A stretch of 63,722 bases of DNA, the filler included, from Collodictyon triciliatum (lineage: Eukaryota), in NCBI GenBank assembly GCA_043381765.1. It is 32 parts of 32 records of this genome, joined end to end, with 100 filler letters (N's around TTAATTAATTAA, not from the genome) between each part and the next. Parts side by side here need not be neighbours in the genome. Positions count along the whole stretch, not along the records: positions 54,147 to 55,981 come from JBHJMP010010101.1; positions 56,082 to 57,917 come from JBHJMP010010102.1; positions 58,018 to 59,853 come from JBHJMP010010103.1; positions 59,954 to 61,788 come from JBHJMP010010104.1; positions 61,889 to 63,722 come from JBHJMP010010105.1; 27 more parts are not named here. One strand, 5' to 3'. This document shows, in pieces, positions 54,415 to 63,722 of the stretch. A program made the translations under genes and the position numbers. A model generated the notes under the pieces. It had not been told where the DNA came from and searched no databases. It saw only the letters and a list, made by a program, of their open reading frames with translations. Within the stretch, counting starts at the first letter, position 1. Each line of letters begins with the position of its first letter.

Positions 54415-55774
54415 TCGAAGAGGACGAAGATTTCAACAAATGGTCCACCCCTCTTTTGCCACGTCGAAACTATGGAACTGCTGGACATGAAAGTCCTAGC
54501 CGCAACAGTGGACTGAAGCGGCCGCCCAGAATCGATATCGTTTGGAAAGGAATTTCATATAAAGTTCGAGAAGGAAAGAATGGTCCATTCAAGACGGTTA
54601 TCAACGTAATCTTCATAGCAAGCGGAGAATTCTCACTGTGTGGCCTTAAAAAAAACTATTTCTATACTCGTTCATTGTCGCAACCAAGGCGGAGCCAACC
54701 CATATTGATGAGAGTAACGATAATTGATGTAAAAAGAATCATATATACAATACCGTGCTCTTTCTCCTTCTCTTTCCATCGATAGAATGTTTCAGGCGAG
54801 GCACGATGCGGTCAACTCTGCGCTTTCATGGGCAGCTCGGGCGCTGGGAAGACAACGCTACTAGATGTACTTGCTAGCCGCGTAGGCCATCCAGAGAATG
54901 TTGATGGGGTGATTGAACTCAACAACATTCCTCTGAATCGCGCAGTTCTTCGAAAGGTATGCAATCACCAAATATTTTTTTCTGCATCAAACTATCATTC
55001 CTGATTCTGCAGCTGTGCGAAGATGAGACCATAAGTTACAACATCAAGGTATCGAGCTATGTGATTCAAGAAGAGAAACTTCCGGAGGCATTCACAGTCC
55101 TTGAGGCATTCACATTCTATGCATCTCTCAGGCTTCCAAAGGTAACAATTTAAGTATCACTTAGACCGCCATTAATTTTCCTCCAATAATAGCAATGACG
55201 CCTTTTTAAAATAGACCGACTTCAACATTTGTACCTCATCAATCACATGCGCATCTCTTTATCGTTTTTTAAATGGTTCTCCTCCTTTCTCCTAGTGCCT
55301 CCTTCCTCATTTTAATTGCTTACTACATTTTTATACAAAATTTTTTTAGTCAATGACAACGTACGAGAAGTCGCAAATTGTTGATGAATTGATTGACCAA
55401 CTTAGTCTCGCTAAGGTTAGGATGTAACCCAGTCCATATATATGCGAATATAGTACAAATACATACCACTTTTGAAGATTGACTTGTTATATTTACTTCA
55501 ACATATAGCTTCATATAATGACCAGTCCTTTTGTTGGTGACAATTCTCATTAGGCCAGAGATACACCAATTGGTGGCTCTTTCTTTCGTGGTGTTTCTGG
55601 AGGAGAGAAGCGTAGGGTCAGTATAGGAATTGAGCTCGTTACGAGACCTGGGTTGATTTTCCTGGATGAGCCAACAACTGGGCTTGATAGCAACTCATCG
55701 TACACCATCATTAACATTCTGAAGAGGCTCGCAAACGGGGGGCGAACAATAATAGCATCTATTCACCAACCAAG
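54415..55774 (+). CDS. ABCG (White-family) transporter nucleotide-binding domain, multi-exon
   Basis: Walker [18 protein letters not shown]-loop SYVIQEE, signature [14 protein letters not shown], Walker [13 protein letters not shown] and H-loop SIHQPR. Confidence 0.96.
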
Positions 55775-56194
55775 GCAACAACAACCCCCCCTTTTTTTTT
55801 CTCTCTCTCTCTTTCTTAATCATAGCTTATCAAAACCGTACTATTTTTCTCATAGTTGCTTAGTTATCTCTTGTATGTATGTATGTATGTATGTATGTAT
55901 GTATGTATGTATGTATGTATGTATGTATGTATGTATGTATGTATGTATGTATGTATGTATGTATGTATGTATGTATGTATGNNNNNNNNNNNNNNNNNNN
56001 NNNNNNNNNNNNNNNNNNNNNNNNNTTAATTAATTAANNNNNNNNNNNNNNNNNNNNNNNNNNNNNNNNNNNNNNNNNNNNATCAAAAATATATAAATGG
56101 CAGGGAGTCGGCAGTGGCGCGGAAGACAAGAATCAATCTAAATGAAGCGGATTCTTTTGCCCAGTGTCTTGAGCTATAAAAAAAAAATAGTCAC

Positions 56195-56266
56195 TGAGCC
56201 CTACGTGAATCGAACACGCAACCTTATGATCTGGAGTCACACGCTCTACCATTGAGCTAAGGGCCC
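56195..56266 (-). tRNA. trnW: tRNA-Trp (CCA), intronless, eukaryotic
   Basis: GGGCCCTTAGCTCAATGGTAGAGCGTGTGACTCCAGATCATAAGGTTGCGTGTTCGATTCACGTAGGGCTCA forms a full cloverleaf with CCA anticodon. There is no encoded 3' CCA, and a downstream oligo-T Pol III terminator is present. Confidence 0.96.
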
Positions 56267-56702
56267 ATTTCTTACTGTCATTTGTTCAATAATAGATCAA
56301 ATACATTATTTCTTTGCTATATATTTTTTCATTCACACGATTCCACGCTTTCGCCCTTTTTTCATTACAGAGACCCAGCGTGTTTAGAAATGCCCGGCGG
56401 TAGTGAAAAGCCATTAGTTATTTTTTGTTTCGTTTTATTATTTACTCTTCACATTATCTGTTCCCTTTTTTTTCACAGGTCAGTTTGCCGAGACCTCTAT
56501 TGTTCTTCGTATTCCTCGTATTCTTCCTCGATCTCGTCTGCTTCTAAAGGTAAGATTAAGAAAATTATTACATGATTTTTGCACTTTTACAGCGGTTGAC
56601 AGGTAAAGTAAATGATTTCCAGTTGTAGCCATCACTTCGAAAAGTAAGGATAAGATGTTGGAGTGGCCAAGGTTTTGGGCTTCTGCCTTCGAGCTTCAGG
56701 CT

Positions 56703-57420
56703 TCAGGCTGACAAAATGATATCCTCAAGTATGAAAGGCGTACGATTAAGAGCTGCTACGGGTTCGTGGGGGCGCACAGAGGAGTCTATGTGATTAAAAT
56801 CAGTATACGGGCCACCAAATATATGATTAATACGATTCAATAATGTGAACATACGTGTTTTGCTAACTATTATGATATATCAAAAAGTCTAACTTAGTTT
56901 GAACCACTGGCTGTTTACAAAGTCAAGGGTTGTATCTCTTTGCAGGGCTTTCTGTGCATACATAGGGACTCGATATCCATAATCAAGGATGTCCTCGACG
57001 GTGGTCGCTTCTACGAAAGAAGGTGTGCTTTTTTTAACGAGTATCATAGCGAGAGAAAAAACGAGTGGCTTTGGACTCATAGGCATTAAAGCAATAGGAC
57101 CGCCGAAAGATTTTTGAACATGCAAGAGCGAATATATGTGTGGTGGTTGAGAAAAGAGCAACTTTGCTGATGTCAGAGAGGATTGAAATGGATAATTCTC
57201 AAATATTTGTGCACAGAAAATCTGTTAAGAGGGGTGAGCGCTTACTATCCCTTGCTCGTTGGATAGACACAAGGCGTTTCTGCGAGCGATGCAGTGTATT
57301 TGTGAGCGACTCTGCAATCCCATGCAGAACCTGCGAAATCCTTCGAATGGATTCATCAATCTTACCGGCGTGGGCCTCAAGTTCCATATTCTTTTCACGG
57401 GAGAGCGTTTGCAGCTGAAC
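56703..57420 (-). CDS. MED4: Mediator subunit 4-like, 3' exons
   Basis: IDESIRRISQVLHGIAESLTNTLHRSQKRLVSIQRARD-K-ATTVEDILDYGYRV parallels the MED4 coiled coil followed by the xxEEIIxYAHRI motif. Confidence 0.6.
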
Positions 57421-58587
57421 TACGAATATTCATCAAGTTTATTGTGCAAAGGAGGGACGTGACTATTAACATAATTGTAGAGTCACATAGTAAAATGAAT
57501 GTATGCCAAATGATTCCTATTCTATAGATTTGATTCGCTTCTAGGTAAGGTCACATATACATTGGCAGATGATTTCACATAAATCGACATCATATCGCAT
57601 CATATCATATAACATTGCCTCTTTTCTCAAGGTGTGCCAGGCTCAAATCGTAGAAATTTTTTATGATAATGATAATGATAATGATAATGATAATGATAAT
57701 GATAATGATAATGATAATGATAATGATAATGATAATGATAATGATAATGATAATGATAATGAGTATGATAATGATAATGATAATGATAATGAGAATGAGA
57801 ATGAGAATGAGAATGAGAATGAGAATGAGAATGAGAATGAGAATGAGAATGAGAATGAGAATGAGAATGATAATGAGAATGAGAATGATAATGAGAATGA
57901 TAATGAGAATGATAATGNNNNNNNNNNNNNNNNNNNNNNNNNNNNNNNNNNNNNNNNNNNNTTAATTAATTAANNNNNNNNNNNNNNNNNNNNNNNNNNN
58001 NNNNNNNNNNNNNNNNNTTCATTTACTCGAAACTCGTTTAGGCCGAAGTGCTCGATTATGGAGAAAAGTTTGATCGACTTGAAATGAATCGCATCATAGA
58101 AGAAGACCCGGACAGTGCCGCTTTTTATCAAGCCCGCAAAAGCGTGAAGACTCTGCAAAAGGTTTTCTCATCTCATTTTATCTCATCTCATCTCATCTCA
58201 TCTCATCTCATCTCATCTCATCTCATCTCATCTCATCTCATCTCATCTCATCTCATCTCATCTCATCTCATCTCATATCACCTCATCTAATCTCATCTAA
58301 TCTCATATCACCTCATATCACCATATAATCATATCTCACAGGCTCGCAAGACAATCGGTCGGCCAGTCGCTACAAAGTGACATCACACGCCCGACTCTGT
58401 CTTCCATGCTGTCTTCCTTCGCCACCGTCTTCCCAAACGCCGAAGCTCTCGTTCCTCCCCTTTACTATACGAATCCGCCAAACCGCCATAAAAACCTGGA
58501 ATTAATGACATCAGCTGCTGTCAAGGAAGTAAAGTAATAAAAAAAAGAAGACAAAAAGAGACAAGGAGAGAGAGCAGCAGGTACGCA

Positions 58588-59664
58588 ATGTCGGGCGAAG
58601 GAGGAGGAAAGGCACCGAGCCTCGCAGATCAAAAGACACACCCACACGAAAGCCGCAAACTTCTTCGCTGGGGAATCGCACCGGTTCTGCAGCGCCTTCG
58701 CGAGGAGGAGACGGTCTCGGCCGAAAAGGCAGATGCGCGCGTGGAACCGAAAAGCACAGAGAAAAAGGAGTTGCGAGTGAAAACAGACCAGCACAAAGCG
58801 AAGGAAGCAAAGTGTATTCTTTTTTTTTTTTATTCGTTTTGTTGTTTGGTTTGGTTTGGTTTGGTTTGTTAATTTGTTTGTTTGTTTGTTTGTTTGTTTG
58901 TTTGTTTGTTTGTTTGTTTGTTTGTTTGTTTGTTTGTTTGTTTGTTTGTTTGTTTGTTTGTTTGTTTGTTTTATTTCTCATCACCATATGATTATATGCA
59001 AACATATCTACGGACACGTGGCAGGGAATCCACACGAAAACCCCTTTGCGACGGAGAAGGCACACAAGACTGTCTTTGTTGGGCGCATCGTACGCATCCA
59101 TCTCCATGATTCCATCTGCTGCAACTGAGCGCACTTTCACTCATCGATGGCGGATTTGCAGGGATTCCAAACCACCGAGGAGACGCTCATGCATGTGTTT
59201 TCAGAGTTTGGGAAAGTTCGGCGTGTGCGGCTTGTGAGACACGCAATTACAAAGCAATCGCGTGGCTACGCTTTTGTTGAGGTTGTATTTTCGTACGGTT
59301 GTTTTTGTTTTTTGTTTTTGTTTTTGTTTTTGTTTTTGTTGGTTTTTGTTTTTGGTTTTGTTTTTGTTTTTGTTTTTGTTTTTGTTTTTGTTTTGTTTTG
59401 AAGTGATTATGCAGATACTTGCGGCTGCTTCCTTTGGCTCGTTGGTGATTTCATGAGCGCCATGTTTGTTAACACAGAGACGTGCAGTATAAACACGCAG
59501 ATGACTATGGCCGGGCGCTTCGGCGGAGTCGAAACGTCGTGATTGACGGGCGTCGGGTTTTGCTCGACAAGGAGCGCGGTCGGACGCAGAAAGGTTGGCG
59601 GCCACGCAGATTGGGCGGGGGATTGGGAGGATACGCGAGAGGCTCACAGCGCTTTGCCCATAAG
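58588..59664 (+). CDS. SNRNP70: U1 snRNP 70K-like RRM protein, four exons, 3' end off-fragment
   Basis: GIAP..., WNPHENP...KTVFVGRI / GFQTTEETL...RGYAFVE / YKH...[30 protein letters not shown]. Confidence 0.85.
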
Positions 59665-60156
59665 GTTTTGCTCCTATTAAAAAAAATATTTATGGGGGTT
59701 TTTATTTGGTTTTTTATGGTGTTTATTTGGTTTTTTATGGTGTTTTTATGGTGTTTTTATTGGTTTTTTTATTGGTTTTTTTATTGGTTTTTTTATTGGT
59801 TTTTTTATTGGTTTTTTTATTGGTTTTTTTATTGGTTTTTTTATTGGTTTTTTNNNNNNNNNNNNNNNNNNNNNNNNNNNNNNNNNNNNNNNNNNNNTTA
59901 ATTAATTAANNNNNNNNNNNNNNNNNNNNNNNNNNNNNNNNNNNNNNNNNNNNAAAAGAAAAAAGAAAAAGAAAAAAGAAAAAAGAAAAAAGAAAAAAGA
60001 AAAAAGAAAAAAGAAAAAAGAAAAAAGAAAAAGAAAAAAGAAAAAGAAAAAAGAAAAAAGAAAAAAGAAAAAGAAAAAAGAAAAAGAAAAAAGAAAAAAG
60101 AAAAAAGAAAAAGAAAAACTTGACGTGACGCGAGTTGTGTGTGACTGTGTCCATAC

Positions 60157-61703
60157 TCCCAAATCTCGGTAAATTCATGCCCAACTCTGAGAATTATATA
60201 TTCAAGAAAACATAAGAATTAATAAATCAATAATACCACTCAAACGTAGGAAACCTAATAGATAGAAAAGATGAGATATACACCTCTCATATGTTAATCG
60301 ACCAATTTTAGCATTATCTTGTGCATTTTTTTCCCTAGCCTCCTTCATATCACGGAGGTTAACTTTCTCCAACAGTTGTCGCAAAGCCAGCGTAAACTGT
60401 TCCGATGCCAAATCAAATTAGATCAAAGATACGAAAATATGGTAATTTTTTTTCGTAATAAGGTGCCATTAAAGATTCTCAGCTCCATTATGTAACAGTA
60501 GCAGTGTGGAAACAGTCAAGCTTTTATGACAAAAATGAACTTTGTCATCTTGTTTTATTTTTCTTTTACACGAAAAACTTACCTTTTTTTCTTTGGAGTC
60601 GAATCCTTGAGAATACTAAAACAAAAATACAATTTGGGAATCATGAATTCATCATCAAGCTCATTAAGACTATATTCGTGATAAATCACCACATTTACGA
60701 CAATATAAATATAGGGAATAACCTGTGATACCCTGGATTCGGCTTCCACCAAAGCCTTTTCTTTCTCTTCCATTAACTTTTTACATTCGTTCATTTTATC
60801 TTCATATTGTTTAACCTTCTTTTGCAACTCCAGGATTTCTGTATTATGTTGCTATTTTTTCCCTTATTTAAATTCTTACCATCCTTCTCTATATAATTTT
60901 CTCTCTTTTCTCGAACAATATACTGAAATTCAAAGAACTACGAATAAGTTTAGTTAAATTATCCACATAAAACTCTTTTTCAATTCATCAACCAAATGTA
61001 TGCATTAATGACTATTTACGGAAGAGACAGCAGTCAAAGAGGATTGGGGAGCCAGTCCTTGTGTTTGTACTTGAGCGTGATACATAATTGTTGCCTGTGG
61101 TTGGACCTGAGATGATGAAGTGTTCTGGGATGTCGTTTGAACATTCACTTGGGACAGAGTAGTATTTTGAGCTGGAGTCTGCGGCGGAATATTGGTAGAT
61201 GTTTGTGCGGACGGTTTTGCAGGGACGGGTTCTTTTGCTGTAGTTGGCGCATTGGGTATAACTGTAGGCGTTTGTGCAGGCTGATTTGACGGAGGTAAAC
61301 TGGTCTCTAACGGCTTCACTGAATTGCGAGTCAACTTATGGACTCTTGCCCGAAGTTGTCGACCTGAGCGCTGAACGCCGGTTGCTTTGCATATCTCTTC
61401 CCAGCTGGGTCCATATGCTTTGTACATCTACAAGTGTTTTTTTTTTTTCCCCTTATTTTATCAGACTATATGATATGGTCAAGATGCCTTTTTTTAGTTA
61501 TTATTATATTCTTATTCTTATTATTTATTTTTAGAAAAATATACTGCATGATGTTGTTGATAATCCAATTTTGAAAATAAAAATGTGATTTTCAATTGTG
61601 TATAGGATTTGAAAACCTTTAGTATTGTTTCATCTTCCTGGTTCGTAAAAAGTTTTCTCTTCTTTGGTGGTCCACCAGACGAGTTGGATGTTTGCTGAGG
61701 TGC
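60157..61703 (-). CDS. Myb/SANT repeat followed by Tousled-like kinase N-terminal coiled-coil region (kinase domain off-fragment)
   Basis: In-phase exons: KKRKLFTNQEDETILK / MYKAYGPSWEEICKATGVQRSGRQLRARVHKL (Myb), a P/Q/T linker, a coiled coil, then ALRQLLEKVNLRDMKEAREKNAQDNAKIGRLTYER / VGHEFTEIWE. The last part is the TLK/TOUSLED motif R-x4-D-x2-[RK][LI]G...GxxFxExW. Confidence 0.7.
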
Positions 61704-61715
61704 CTTGAATAAGAA

Positions 61716-61786
<71 letters not shown>

Positions 61787-61888
61787 ATNNNNNNNNNNNN
61801 NNNNNNNNNNNNNNNNNNNNNNNNNNNNNNNNTTAATTAATTAANNNNNNNNNNNNNNNNNNNNNNNNNNNNNNNNNNNNNNNNNNNN

Positions 61889-63714
61889 ACAACTATCACA
61901 AATCGCTTTCGACTCCCAATTACGCTCTCGTCGAATGTAAATTCCGATTCTTTCATGCTGTGCTGTTGTACCTCAAGAGGAACCGTAATAGATTGACTTG
62001 GACGTCTCATTCTATTTCTAATTTCTACAGAAGAAAGCTCCTGGTGGGATGAAACAAAACTTCCAGTCCCCCAGTCGTTCATCACAAAAGCACCGTTAGA
62101 GTCTTCTCTAAAAGAGGATGAGAATCTTCTATGACCCATTTCTGAGGGCACAAAACTACCCCGCCTACTCGAACTTGGTCGAAAAGACATATTGTATGCA
62201 AGAAAATTGTTTGATGGACTCTGCAACATACCATCTGATACATATCGAATCTGCCCTTGACCACCATCATACTTAAGATTGACAGTTGATGCCCTTCTCG
62301 ATGCAGCGATTGATGCTCTTCTGGACATCGCTAATGAGGGTTTCCTAGATATTGATATCGATGCTGATGTCCTTCGAGATGAGGCCGGTGAAGGGGTTTC
62401 ATGAGATGTCGCTTGCTCATCAGGATTTTCTTTCGAGCTGCTTAATCCAGATGCATTATTCTCAAGTGCCTTATTATTCGCATTAGTTGCCATAGCCACG
62501 TCTGTACCATCCTCGTCATTCACCTCATTTATATTGCAATCAAAACTGATGTTAGTATTTCGTCGCATATTTATCACTGGACTCTGCTTTGGTGACCCGG
62601 CCTGCTCTTCTGACTCTAAAAAGTCATAGAAATCTCTACTGTTCCTCGCTTCGAATTCATATTCTGAGCTTTCATCATATTCTCTCCCACCCGAGTCGCC
62701 TATAAGTAAACGCCTTTGCACAGTAGGATCCACAGAGAATCTGCGTAAATCGATATTTCCATCTGTTTTCATGTATCGTTCCCAGCTTCTTGTTAATGGG
62801 ATGCGCAAAAGGTGTCTTTGAATACAATGAACCTTGAGAGGAGATAATATGGACATGATGAGCCTGCGAAGGCTGAACATAAATACATTTATACAACAAG
62901 AACGACAGACAATGTCTGAAGTGACAAGAACTTGAAAAAACCGTAAGCTTCGAACTCTGAGATTTGGTATTAATTTGAGCTGTACTGCGAAATACAAAAT
63001 GATGGGAGCTGCAATTGCAAATAATAGACTAAAGAAAATGTTGAAGCTATACAGATGAAGCGCTTTTGCCTGTAAAACAAATTTCTTGAGAGGGTTGGAC
63101 TTGAACTGACGATGATAAACAATCATCTGATAGAACCTTTTGCAGTTATGTAAGCAAGTCAGTAGCATTTGTTGCCCATAGATTGCGTTTTGATTTCCGT
63201 TCATTTGCCTAGCTGATGGGAGGGCTGGTCCAAGACCAGGGCCATGTAGAACATATTCGGATTGGACTCGAGGAATTAAGAGTGGCACCATTTTCGGTCT
63301 AGCGTCTGGTGATAAAAATGATGTTTTTGAAGTATGAAACTTACTTTCATTCGAAATATTTTGGTGGTTTACACCAGCACTAGCCGACTGCTGCCGGTGG
63401 CCTGTAATTTTGTCTGTACTTCCAACACGACTTTCAACGGGATCTTCTCTGCTAGCGCGATTTTTTTGCATTCTTTCCACTCTATCGCTGCGGGAAAACC
63501 CCAAATCACAAATACTAGCAAAAAACTGCTTCGTCTTGTTTTTCGTAACAGGTCCTCTTTCTGTTGAGCTGTTTGCATTAGGAGATCGTTGTCCAAATGT
63601 ATGCTGACGACCCCATAGCTTGTTTATCTTTTGATCAAACACAGAGAAACTCACAGGAAGAGCGTCCATGAACAAGACATTCACGTAACAGAGAGAGTAC
63701 AACGGAATCCCCAC
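61889..63714 (-). CDS. Long intronless ORF: membrane protein fragment with a Ser/Arg-rich cytoplasmic region, family unknown
   Basis: About 600 open codons with hydrophobic helices (FNIFFSLLFAIAAPIILYFAV) and repeated RRxS motifs (SRRAS, RRGS, RRFS). Confidence 0.65.
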
Positions 63715-63722
63715 TATGGAGA

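Noticed and set aside
60852-60922. Extra mini-exon (YIVREKRENYIERRM) followed by a 28-nt intron in the Myb-TLK gene
   Set aside because: Direct splicing from about 61019 to 60852 is already in phase, so the ultra-short intron is not needed and cannot be supported without transcripts.

Overview
This window is not a continuous locus. It is an artificial concatenation of 32 unrelated, roughly length-sorted (~1.84 kb) assembly fragments joined by 100-nt linkers (N44-TTAATTAATTAA-N44, stops in all six frames). One extra 204-N gap at 36501-36704 lies inside a scaffold. Most fragments are intron-rich eukaryotic nuclear DNA, probably from several protists and/or fungi, and most break at microsatellites. 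Manual splicing recovers pieces of SF3B4, a TBC Rab-GAP, RNase H1, Elongin C, condensin CAP-H, peroxisomal ABCD, DGAT2, an importin-13-like protein, two LRR proteins, a 4x MIB/HERC2 protein, a ubiquitin-UBL fusion, a SAPS/PP6 regulator, ORC4, diacylglycerol kinase, NCS-1/frequenin, ABCG, tRNA-Trp, MED4, U1-70K and a Tousled-like kinase N-terminus. One fragment (46396-48232) is bacterial (Bacteroidota/FCB-like). The most notable items are: (1) a decayed Fanzor1 (eukaryotic TnpB-like RNA-guided nuclease) lying between two host genes and followed by a dense hairpin cluster that looks like its omegaRNA; (2) an apparent Myb/SANT-Tousled-like kinase fusion; (3) five GC-type intron donors; (4) a CLoG1-like gene in an apparently non-plant fragment; (5) two unrelated 54-bp tandem arrays, one clearly coding. 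All family calls come from motif recognition by eye, not database searches.
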